Of a DNA stretch of 64,000 nucleotides, positions 40,702-50,486 are shown piece by piece; the stretch's first letter is position 1, and each line of letters begins with the position of its first letter. The position numbers were made by a program, and so were the translations under genes. The DNA is from an uncultured delta proteobacterium (GTDB taxonomy: Bacteria; Desulfobacterota; Binatia; DP-6). The notes under the pieces were generated by a model. That model saw only the letters and a program-made list of their open reading frames with translations. It searched no databases and was not told where the DNA came from. The DNA is taken from contig CAWFFN010000008.1 of assembly GCA_963815115.1 (NCBI GenBank), positions 192,001-256,000 of the forward strand. Direction: 5' to 3'.

Positions 40702-41244
40702 TCACTGATGGTTCACTCTCTTGTAGTCGCGCACGAACTCCTCGATTGAGGCTATGTAGCCGTCGCGCAGCAGGGAAACAATGGAGACGGAGGGACCCAC
40801 ATCCGAGCCCAGCGTCAGCCACGTTATGGCACGAGTATACATTGCTTCATCACTCTTCTGTGGGATCAACTGCCAAAACATTAGATGCCAGAGTACGATC
40901 GAACCCGAAGTCATCCACGTTTGGTCCCTCGTTCGGAGGAAGTCAGCACCCACGTCTAGGCAGAGACAAGGATAAGTATGTGGATTATCAGTCGGTGGGA
41001 GTACTTTGATCCCTGCAGCCCTTAGTCGGCTTTCGACATCTGCTCTGTAAGTTGACTCGGGAATATCACTTATCCCGCTCACACTTATGCAAACGGACAT
41101 CGCATTGATCCCCTTGAGTGACGTCGCCTGAGTTCTGACCTGTGCCGGATCGGGTCGTTGCGCTAGTGCAGTACCTGTGGAGGCAGAAGACACCAGGAGG
41201 ATGAGGAGCAGGGACTTCAATGGTAAGTGTTTCATAGGGTTCAC
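40702..41244 (-). CDS. Secreted hypothetical protein (lower GC)
   Basis: Signal peptide; SLKGI..VESRLRAAGIKVL...FVRDYKRVN. Confidence 0.7.
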   Translation of the reverse strand: MNPMKHLPLKSLLLILLVSSASTGTALAQRPDPAQVRTQATSLKGINAMSVCISVSGISDIPESTYRADVESRLRAAGIKVLPPTDNPHTYPCLCLDVGADFLRTRDQTWMTSGSIVLWHLMFWQLIPQKSDEAMYTRAITWLTLGSDVGPSVSIVSLLRDGYIASIEEFVRDYKRVNHQ

Positions 41245-41532
41245 TTGTCATCCCGTACTGCTCGCACAAGACTTGGGCCAAACTTGTTGCCAATTCTCTG
41301 CGGGAGGCCACCTGGCACTAACGCGACTCCCCATGCGTCCCTAGCATCCACGAGTATGAGATTGTTATTGTCATAGTGACGGGGATCCGGAGGGGCCAAG
41401 CAGGCCTCTGCCCCTGGGAAATTGAGGCACTGGCACGTCATGGTGGTGGACGACCAGAAGCTGTTGGGCCCAGGATGCGCCACCTACTAGATGGGCCATC
41501 AGTGCTATTACCAAGAGCCGTACCAAGCGCAT
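41241..41532 (-). pseudogene. Small secreted protein, frameshifted
   Basis: GAAGGAG RBS, MRLVRLLVIALMAHLVGG, continuing in another frame TCQCLNF..ACLAP. Confidence 0.45.
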
Positions 41533-41974
41533 GTCCGGGTCTCCTTCGTCAGATCGAGCGTCAGCGGGATGAGCGGGGGGCAGAGCCGACAGCGTCCAGG
41601 TCAGTTGGCCGCGTGGACGGCCCCCCATCCCCTGCGCTGGTCAGGTGGGAGGTGATCAGAGGGATAGCTAGGCAGTTCTGGCCTCGGCAGTCCTCCTCCC
41701 TAGTTTGTCACACTCCACCAGCAGGTATCCCCATCCCATGCGGGGGAGGCTTCAGTCAAGCAAAAGTGGATGGCGGGCGCCGGAACCACTGACGACAGCG
41801 GCGCCTATGGCTACTCCGGGCCTCGTGCCCTGGCCCGGCATCGCCTTGGTCAATTCCGGGCCGGTCCAGCCGGGGTCCCTCCTGCCTAAGAACGGCCTCA
41901 GCCACGTGCAGGCTCTAGCAACGAGCCCGAGGGCCTTCAGCGACCGAGTTGCTGGAAGAGGTACAGCCTCGCGG

Positions 41975-42074
41975 CCCCTTCGGAGCTCCCTTTGGCGCGC
42001 GGGGATTGCGTCGGATAAGGCCTTTTCCGTCACCTTTCACGAAAAGGGCGTTCATGGCGCCTAATCCGCGACGA
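41975..42074 (+). repeat. Dispersed hairpin repeat copy D (empty IS110 target)
   Basis: Contiguous left and right halves; AG core at 42018-42019. Confidence 0.95.
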
Positions 42075-42336
42075 CAAGGACGCCGTGTTCCGCACCTACT
42101 TCATCAACAACCGCGGCGACGAGCAGATGGGGAGCACCTGGAACTACCTGGACATCACGCCGCTCGGGCGCCAGGAGGAGTGGGAGGATTCGCCCAAGGG
42201 CTACCCGCAGAGCGCGCCGTGCAAGTGGTGGAACCGGCACGACGCCTACGGCGACGCGCAGTCATCTCAATGGCCGACCGTCGTCGATCGCAGCCTCGTG
42301 CTCCTCGAGGGTGAGAAGGAAGGCAAGGCCACGTAA
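42075..42336 (+). pseudogene. C-terminal fragment of a DUF899 thioredoxin-like protein
   Basis: FRTYFINNRGDEQMGSTWNYLDITPLGRQEEWEDSPKGYPQ; 5' part missing at repeat D. Confidence 0.85.
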
Positions 42337-42406
42337 CGCAGACGAGATTCTTGTGCGGTCCACGCGTGCAACGTGTCCGCGCGGGGGACGTCCGGGTAAT
42401 ACTGCG

Positions 42407-42486
42407 AGGCGATGGAGCGAAAGGGCCTCGGCGACCCGCTTCTCATCCTCGAGCCGGGCGAGAGCTGGCACTACGCCAAGCCCTAG
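42407..42486 (+). repeat. attR-like displaced 3' end of the MBL gene
   Basis: AMERKGLGDPLLILEPGESWHYAKP*; its TAG overlaps the convergent MMPL stop (CTAG). Confidence 0.9.
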
Positions 42487-44813
42487 GCCGCGGCGTCCTT
42501 CGCCGGCCGCACGGCGAGGAAGCGCGGCCGCACCACCACCAGCGCCGCCGGCAGCGTGACCAGCGCCGTTGCCGCGCTGGTCGCCATCCAGAGCGCGAGC
42601 AGCACGGCCATCTCGCCGACGAAGCGCAGCTCGGTCAGCGTGAAGCAGAGGACGCCCGCGGTCATGGCGATGGCGGTGAACGCGACGGTGCGGCCCGCGC
42701 CGGCGATCGCCTCGCGCACGGCGTCGTCGAGCGCCATGCCCGCGCCGGTGCGCTCCTGGACCCGGCTCAGGATGTAGATGCCGTAGTCGATCCCGAAGCC
42801 GACGCCGACGGCGATCACGGGGAGGGTGTCGAGGTCGAGCCCGATGCCGCGCGCCGCCATGTAGCCGTTCACCACGGCGTTGGCGAGGACGAGCGGCAGA
42901 ATCAGGAGCAGCGCGGCCGCGAGCGAGCGGTAGGTCAGGATCGTCACGACGAGGATGACGCCGAAGGCCGCCACCGTCATCCGGGCGTCGCTCCGCAGGA
43001 TCTCGTCGTACACCGCCGCCATGACGCCGATGAGGCCGCCCGCGAGGCGGAAGTGCGCGCCCTCCAGCGGATGCGCGGCGATGTAGCGCTGGGCGGCGGC
43101 CACGACGCTGCGCACCGTCTGCACGCTGTGATCGCTACAGAAGAAGGTGAGCTGGCCGATCCGGAAGTCCGGGGTGAAGAAGCGCGCGCTGGTGCTCGGG
43201 GGGATGAACCCCCAGTAGGTGAAGAAGGTCTCCGCCACCTCGCGCTCGGTGGACGGGATCACGCCCCACTTGGGCTCGAGCTCGTTGAAGCGCTCGCGCA
43301 TGCCCATCATGATGTCGACCGGCGAGATGCTGTAGCCCACCATCGGCAGGCGCTCGAGCTCGCGCTGGAATCCTTCCATCGCCCGGAGGAGCGCCGGGTG
43401 GTAGAGCGCGCGCGGCGCGTCGCCCTCGACGATGACCACGAACGGCTCGCTGCCGCCGAACCGCTCCTGCACCGCGCGGTGGCTGCGGTTGAACTCGGAG
43501 TCGGGCGCCAGGATGCGCGACGCGGAGCCGGGATCACCGATCTCGAGCCGCGGGATCAGCCCGGCCCCGATCGCCGCCAGGGCCCCCGAGGCGAGGAGCG
43601 CGACCCAGCGGCCGCGCGGGCCGGTCACCGCCGCCGCGAGGCGCCGGCAGCCGCGGGCCAGCAGGCCGGCGTCGCGCGCCCGGATCGTCTCCACCTCGGG
43701 CGCGCGCAGGTGGCGATAGACGATCGGGTTCAGCAGCAGCTCGGTCACGATCAGCGACAGCAGCCAGAGCGTCGCCGTGAACGCGAGGGCGCGCAGGGCC
43801 GGGATGGCGACGATGGCGATGGCGAGGACGCCGAGCGCGTCGGTCATGATGCCGGCGATCGTCGGGGCGGCGAGCCGGGTGAAGGAGCGCTGCACCGCGT
43901 CCTCCTTCGCGACGCCGGCGGCCAGCTCCTCGTAATAGCGGTCGTGCATCTGCGCCGAGTGGCTCACCGCGCGGGCGGTGATGAGGAACGGGATCACGAG
44001 CGTCAGCGGATTGAGCGCGAAGCCGGAGAGCTGGACCAGCCCGAAGCCCCAGATGGCGGCGAGTCCGCCGGAGATGGTCGGCCGCAGCGCCCCGCGCCAG
44101 TCGCGGAAGTAGCGGTAGAGCAGGACCCAGGTCAGCACCACGGCGCCGGCGAACGCCAGCAGCACCTGCCACTGCAGCGCCAGGATCCACCCGTTCTGGC
44201 GTGGCGGCCCCGCCACCGAGACGGTGGCGCGCTCGTCCGCCAGGGGGAGGATGGTCTCGTTCACCGCCGCGAAGAGGCGCCGCGCGTCGAGGCGGTGCTC
44301 CGCGAAGCCGGCGCGGATGACGGCCGCGCGCTCGTCGAGCGACACCAGGTTGCCCAGGATGTAGCCCGACGCCAGCACCTGGTGCTCGATCTGCTTCGCC
44401 TCCTCGCCGCTGGTCACCGGACCCGACATCACGGGATCCCCGGTCATGCGGCCGCCGCTCTGCACCTGGATCACGCGGGTGAAGCGGCTCGCCAGGGAGT
44501 CGATCTGGTCGTGGTTCACGCCCGGGAGGCGGTCGACCGCCTCGGTGGCGCGGAAGATCGTCGTCAGGATCTCGGGCGTGAAGATCGTTCCCGAGCGCGC
44601 CTCGATCATGACCGTGAGGACGTTCGCCTCCCCGAAGTTCTCGTGGAAGCGGTTGTGCACCTCCATGAAGGGATGCCCCTGCGGGAGGAGGTCGCCGGGA
44701 TGGAAGTCGAGCTCCAGCCGTGCCGCGAACACGGCGAACACCAGGGTCACCGCGAGGACGGCGGCGACCACCAGGCGTCCGTGCGCGACGAGCCAGGCGG
44801 CGAGGCGGGCCAT
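42483..44813 (-). CDS. MMPL/RND-family transporter
   Basis: Two-repeat TM architecture; ARAVSHSAQ, GVGFGIDYGIY, AGRTVAFTA. Confidence 0.92.
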   Translation of the reverse strand: MARLAAWLVAHGRLVVAAVLAVTLVFAVFAARLELDFHPGDLLPQGHPFMEVHNRFHENFGEANVLTVMIEARSGTIFTPEILTTIFRATEAVDRLPGVNHDQIDSLASRFTRVIQVQSGGRMTGDPVMSGPVTSGEEAKQIEHQVLASGYILGNLVSLDERAAVIRAGFAEHRLDARRLFAAVNETILPLADERATVSVAGPPRQNGWILALQWQVLLAFAGAVVLTWVLLYRYFRDWRGALRPTISGGLAAIWGFGLVQLSGFALNPLTLVIPFLITARAVSHSAQMHDRYYEELAAGVAKEDAVQRSFTRLAAPTIAGIMTDALGVLAIAIVAIPALRALAFTATLWLLSLIVTELLLNPIVYRHLRAPEVETIRARDAGLLARGCRRLAAAVTGPRGRWVALLASGALAAIGAGLIPRLEIGDPGSASRILAPDSEFNRSHRAVQERFGGSEPFVVIVEGDAPRALYHPALLRAMEGFQRELERLPMVGYSISPVDIMMGMRERFNELEPKWGVIPSTEREVAETFFTYWGFIPPSTSARFFTPDFRIGQLTFFCSDHSVQTVRSVVAAAQRYIAAHPLEGAHFRLAGGLIGVMAAVYDEILRSDARMTVAAFGVILVVTILTYRSLAAALLLILPLVLANAVVNGYMAARGIGLDLDTLPVIAVGVGFGIDYGIYILSRVQERTGAGMALDDAVREAIAGAGRTVAFTAIAMTAGVLCFTLTELRFVGEMAVLLALWMATSAATALVTLPAALVVVRPRFLAVRPAKDAAA

Positions 44814-44907
44814 GTCGGTTCGCTAGCACCCGCGCGGCACGACCGGCAGCGCGCGACGGTGCCGCCGGGCACCGGGCATGCGGCGGGCCGGCCGGCGGAT
44901 GCCGGAG

Positions 44908-45878
<971 letters not shown>

Positions 45879-45882
<4 letters not shown>

Positions 45883-46799
45883 TGCACGACTCCGGCGTAG
45901 ATGTCCATGACGCCGCGGAGGAAGTCGAGCGCGTCGGCATGCTTGCGCTGGAAGGAGTTGCGTCCGATGATCGAGCCGAAGCCGCCGCCGTCGCGGATGG
46001 CGCGGATCTCGTCCATCATCGTCGAGGTCTCCTTGGCCTCGCCGCCCGAGAAGATGACGATGCGGCGGCCGGCGAACGCGCTCTGCACCACGTGCCTCAC
46101 GCGCTCGGTCGCCGTCCCGACCGGAATCTTCTCCTTCTCGTAGACCTTCTTGGCGGCGTCCTGCTCGATGTGCGCCGTGGGCAGCTTCACCTTGATGACG
46201 TGGGCGCCGAGCTGCGCCGCGATCTGGGCCGCATAGGCGACCACGTCGATGGCCGTCTCGCCTTCCTTGGAGATGCCGGCGCCGCGCGGATACGACCAGA
46301 CCACCACCGCGAGACCCTTGCGCTTCGCCTCCTGGGCGAGGTCGCGCAGCTCCTGGAGCATCACGTTGCGCAGCGACGAGGCGGGATAGATGGTGAACCC
46401 GATGGCCGCGCAGCCCAGCCGGAGCGCCTCGTCGACGCTGCCGGTGAGCGCGGAGCAGGGCTCGCCCTTCGACAGCGAGTCCGAGTTGTTGAGCTTCAAA
46501 ATGAGCGGGATGTCACCGGCGAACTCCGCGGCCCCGGCCTCGAGGAAGCCGAGCGGCGCGGCGTAGGCGTTGCAGCCCGCGCCGATGCCGAGCTCGAAGT
46601 GATAGCGCGGGTCGTAGCCGGCGGGGTTGGGCGCGAAGGAACGCGCCGGACCGTGCTCGAAGCCCTGGTCGACGGGCAGGATCACCATGCGCCCCGTGCC
46701 GCCGAGGCGGCCGTGGTTCAGCATGCGGGCCAGGTTGGTGAGCGTGCCGGGGTTGTCGCTCCCGTACCAGCTCAGTATCTCGCGCACTCGCTCTTTCAT
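45879..46799 (-). CDS. fbaB: Class I fructose-bisphosphate aldolase (DhnA type)
   Basis: [32 protein letters not shown]. Confidence 0.95.
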
Positions 46800-46836
46800 G
46801 GTCCCTCCGTCATCGGGTCTTTCTGATTCTCGCGCC

Positions 46837-47094
46837 CTAGGACCGCCCGCAGCGTCCGCCGCCGCAGTCCGGACGTCCGCAGTGCTCGCGCTCGAGCCAC
46901 ACGGCGTAGCCCACCCGCTCCAGCTCCGCCTCCGCGACCCAGCGCAGGTCCTCGGGGTCGAGCTCGGCCTCGCAGTGCATGCACCGTCGCCGATCCTCGC
47001 CCCGTTCGTCGACGGCGACGACGACGAGCACCTCCTTGTCGCAGCGCGCGCAATGCCCGAGCGGAAACTCGCCGTCAAGAGGAGCACCGGTCAT
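46837..47094 (-). CDS. Small Cys-rich putative zinc-ribbon protein
   Basis: CARC, CMHC, CGRPDCGGGRC; overlaps upstream gene. Confidence 0.7.
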   Translation of the reverse strand: MTGAPLDGEFPLGHCARCDKEVLVVVAVDERGEDRRRCMHCEAELDPEDLRWVAEAELERVGYAVWLEREHCGRPDCGGGRCGRS

Positions 47095-47594
47095 GGCTGC
47101 TCTCCGCCGGCGGCGCCGAGACCGAGGGCAGCGAGCTCGTCGAGCATGTGCGCGCGGTGCGTGGCCGGCCAGTACGTGCGCCCGCAGCGCGGGCAGCGCT
47201 GGAAGTGCTCCTGGGTGGCGAGGACATAGGGCGGCACGTGCGGCGCGGCCTCGTCGCGGGAGACGGCCTCGAGCGCACGGTTGCAGTTGAGGCAGCGATG
47301 GAGAAATTCCCCGCCGAGTGGGATGGCGGCTGCCACCTGCCGGAGCTGCTCGCGGAAATGATCGCTCGCCACGAAGAGGTGCGGCGGAAGCTCCGGATCG
47401 CGCAGCAGGCGCGTGTCGCGCGTGAGCAGCAGGCGCCCCTCCCGCCGGGCGCGACCGACCAGCGAGCGGCCGCTCAGGTGCGGCCCATAGGCCACGTCAT
47501 GCCCGAGGATGCGCAGCCAGCGCGCCAGCCGGCCGAGCATCTTGTCGACCGCGAAGGCTCGAAGAGCCCCCACCGGCGCCTCCGCTCCGGTCAT
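47091..47594 (-). CDS. Mut7-C RNase domain protein
   Basis: DKMLGRLARWLRILGHD, LLTRD, RCLNCN, CPRCGRTYW..H. Confidence 0.93.
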   Translation of the reverse strand: MTGAEAPVGALRAFAVDKMLGRLARWLRILGHDVAYGPHLSGRSLVGRARREGRLLLTRDTRLLRDPELPPHLFVASDHFREQLRQVAAAIPLGGEFLHRCLNCNRALEAVSRDEAAPHVPPYVLATQEHFQRCPRCGRTYWPATHRAHMLDELAALGLGAAGGEQP

Positions 47595-47616
47595 GGGGCG
47601 CACTCTACGGCGTCCG

Positions 47617-48696
47617 CTAGCCGCTTTGCAATTTCCCCCGCTCGACGGCGAGGGCAGCCAGCGAGCGGAAGGGATCGGGCGCCCCGCGCGCCGCGGCGAC
47701 CAGCGCGCGGAGCCCCGGGCCCGGATCGGTGTCGGCGGGGGCGAGCGCCGCGAACTCGTCGAGGCGGGTGGCATAGAGCAACGCACCCAGCAGCCGGGCG
47801 TTGTTCGGCGGCAGCAGGTCGTCGCCGCCGTCGAGCCCACGGCGGGCCAGGGAGCGGGCTGCGGCCCTCGCCAGCGCCGCCCGCCTGAGCTCGCGCTCAT
47901 GGAGGTCGGGATGGCTCGCATAGAGCCGCCGCAGGCGCGCGGCCAGGCGCTGCAGCACGCGGGCCCGCGCCTGCGTCGCGGCCCACGCGGCCCGGGCCGT
48001 CTCGCAGCGCGCGGCGTCCGCTCCGGGACCGGTGCAGAAGAAGGCGATCGCGCCGCGCTCTCCCGCGAAAGTCGCCGCCGATTCGTTGAACGCCGGCTCG
48101 CCCGCCACGTAGAGCGTCTGGTGGAAGAGCTCGTGCAGGACCGTGGTCACCAGCGACACCGGCCCTGCATCCGCGGTGGTGGACAGCAGCGGATCGGCGA
48201 ACCAGCCGAGCGTGCTGAAGGCCGTGGCGGGGCGCACGTCGACGTCGAGGTCGCGCTGCGCGAGGCGGTGCGCCTCGGCCCTCGCGGCGCCGGGATCGAA
48301 GAAGCCGCGGTACGGGACCCGGCCCGCGATCGGGTACCACCAGGTGTAGGGCTCGAGCCGATCCCGGTACGCCGCCGAGACGACCTGCACGGTCGTCTCT
48401 CCGGGCGACACCGCGGCGTAGGTGGTGTAGCTGTCCCCCACCTCGAAGCCCAGCTGGTCGCGCGCGAACGAGCGCGCCGCCAGCACCAGCGCGAGCCGCT
48501 CGCGCAGCTCCGGGGTCACGTCCTGACGGGCCATCACCCGCGGGATCGGCTCGCGCCGCAGCAGGATGCGGGCCTCCGCCAGGCCCAGCCGCGCGACGTA
48601 GAGCGGCTGGCCGCAGGCGGCGAGCAAGAGCGACAGCCCGACGACGGGCAGCAGCCGGCGCGGAGCGCGCCCCGCCGCGCCCCGCGGCCGCGTCAC
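47617..48696 (-). CDS. Putative zinc aminopeptidase lipoprotein
   Basis: LAAC lipobox, VPYRGFF, AFSTLGWFADP, HELFH, FNESAA. Confidence 0.9.
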   Translation of the reverse strand: MTRPRGAAGRAPRRLLPVVGLSLLLAACGQPLYVARLGLAEARILLRREPIPRVMARQDVTPELRERLALVLAARSFARDQLGFEVGDSYTTYAAVSPGETTVQVVSAAYRDRLEPYTWWYPIAGRVPYRGFFDPGAARAEAHRLAQRDLDVDVRPATAFSTLGWFADPLLSTTADAGPVSLVTTVLHELFHQTLYVAGEPAFNESAATFAGERGAIAFFCTGPGADAARCETARAAWAATQARARVLQRLAARLRRLYASHPDLHERELRRAALARAAARSLARRGLDGGDDLLPPNNARLLGALLYATRLDEFAALAPADTDPGPGLRALVAAARGAPDPFRSLAALAVERGKLQSG

Positions 48697-50486
48697 GGCC
48701 GCCCCGCCCTCGCACGCCGCTCCGGCACCTCGCTCCCGGCGTACTGTAGCCGGTAGAGCTTGGCGTAGATGCCGTCGCGGGCGAGCAGCTCGACGTGGGT
48801 GCCCGACTCGCGCAGCTCGCTCTTGTGCAGGACGAGGATCCGATCGGCGGCCTCGATGGTGGAGAGGCGGTGGGCGATGACCACGGCGGTGCGGCCGGCG
48901 AGCAGCTTCTCGAGCGCGTCCTGCACCAGCCACTCCGTCTCCGGGTCGACGCTCGAGGTCGCCTCGTCGAGGATCAGGATCGCGGGGTCGTGCGCCAGGG
49001 CGCGGGCGAACGCCAGGAGCTGGCGCTGGCCGCCGGAGAGGTTGCTGCCGCGCTCGCGCACCTCGGCGTCGTAGCCCCCGAGCCGGTGGACGAAGGTGTC
49101 GGCGTTCACGTGTCGGGCTGCCGCCTCGAGCCGTTCGCGCGAGATGTCGGGCCGGCCGAGCGTGAGGTTGTCGGCCACGCTCCCGTTGAACAGGAAGACG
49201 TCCTGCAGGACCACGGCCGTCCGCCGCCGCAGCGCACGCCGCTCCCACTCGCGCACGTCGACGCCGTCGACCAGCACGCGGCCGCGCTGCACATCGTAGA
49301 GCCGCTCGATCAGCTTGATGATGGTCGTCTTCCCCGAGCCCGTCGCACCGACGATCGCGATCCGCTCGCCGGCGGCGATGCGGAACGAGACGTCGCGCAG
49401 GACCCAGTCCTCGCCGCGATAGGCGAACCAGACGTGCTCGAAGACGATCTCGCCGCGCGGCGCGGGCGGCCGACGCGGCGTCGCGGGCTCGGGCTCCGTC
49501 TCCTCGTCGAGCAGCGCGAAGATGCGCTCGGCCGCGGTCATCGACGACTGCATCACCGCGTACTTCGAGCTGAAGTCCCGGATGGGGACGAAGAACTGGT
49601 TGATGTACTGGATGAACGCCAGCACCGTGCCGATCTCGAGCGCGTGCACCTGCCGGAGCCGCGCGCCCTCGAGCAGCATGGCCGCGACCGACACCGTGCT
49701 CACCGAGTCGACGATCGAGAACAGCGCCGCCTCGAGCTTGTTGGAGAGCTGGTTCGCGTCGCGATGGGACGCGTTGAGCTTCTCGAACTCGGCGTAGCAG
49801 CGTCCCTCGCGCGCCGAGAGGGCGATCACGGACATGCCGGAGATCGATTCCTGGAGGTAGGCGTTGATGCGCGCGATGCGCTCCCGGATCTCGCGATAGG
49901 TGCGCCGCGCCATGCGGCGGAAGAAGTCGATGGCGAACGTCATGGGAGGCAGGAGAACGAGGCTCGCGAGCGCCAGCCGCCAGTCGATCCACAGCATGAA
50001 GCCGATGACGCCGACCAGCTTGAGCCCGTCGAGCGCGATGGTCATCGCGCCGGCCGCGAACATCTCGCTGAGCACGTCGACGTCGGTGGTGACGCGCGAC
50101 ACGACCTTGCCGACGGGGTTGCGGTCGAAGAAGCGCATCGGGAAGCGCTGCAGGCGCTCGAACACCGCGCCGCGCAGATCGGCGAGGCTGCGCTGCGCCA
50201 CGACCATGGTGAGATACTGCTGCCCGTAGAAGGCGAGGAACTCGCCCGCGATGGCCCCCACGAACCACAGCCCGAGGCGCGAGAGCCCGGCCACGTTGCC
50301 CGGCTCGACGTAGCGGTCGATCCCGATCTTCAGGAGATAGGGCTGCGCCAGGCTGAGCACCTGCTGGACGGCCGAGAGGAACAGCACGAGCCACGCCACG
50401 CCCCGATAGGGCTTGACGTACCCCCACAGCCGTCGGATGAGACGGCCGTCGTAGGCCTTCCCGATCTGCTCGTAGTCGCCCGTCAG
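48693..50486 (-). CDS. ABC exporter, permease/ATPase fusion
   Basis: GATGSGKT, LSGGQRQ, ILDEATSS, AHRLST; start uncertain (probable CTG). Confidence 0.93.
   Translation of the reverse strand: MTGDYEQIGKAYDGRLIRRLWGYVKPYRGVAWLVLFLSAVQQVLSLAQPYLLKIGIDRYVEPGNVAGLSRLGLWFVGAIAGEFLAFYGQQYLTMVVAQRSLADLRGAVFERLQRFPMRFFDRNPVGKVVSRVTTDVDVLSEMFAAGAMTIALDGLKLVGVIGFMLWIDWRLALASLVLLPPMTFAIDFFRRMARRTYREIRERIARINAYLQESISGMSVIALSAREGRCYAEFEKLNASHRDANQLSNKLEAALFSIVDSVSTVSVAAMLLEGARLRQVHALEIGTVLAFIQYINQFFVPIRDFSSKYAVMQSSMTAAERIFALLDEETEPEPATPRRPPAPRGEIVFEHVWFAYRGEDWVLRDVSFRIAAGERIAIVGATGSGKTTIIKLIERLYDVQRGRVLVDGVDVREWERRALRRRTAVVLQDVFLFNGSVADNLTLGRPDISRERLEAAARHVNADTFVHRLGGYDAEVRERGSNLSGGQRQLLAFARALAHDPAILILDEATSSVDPETEWLVQDALEKLLAGRTAVVIAHRLSTIEAADRILVLHKSELRESGTHVELLARDGIYAKLYRLQYAGSEVPERRARAGRP

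Larger units (their letters stand above)
10396..42486. mobile_element. ~32-kb genomic island bounded by the duplicated gene 3' end
   Basis: Flanking direct repeats; contains IS110, TA pair, phage remnant, pseudogenes and AT-richer patches; housekeeping genes resume outside. Confidence 0.8.

Noticed and set aside
28325-42074. The four repeats as a CRISPR array or integron attC sites
   Set aside because: Spacing is kilobases, one copy is inverted, there are no cas or intI genes, and I see no RYYYAAC/GTTRRRY ends.
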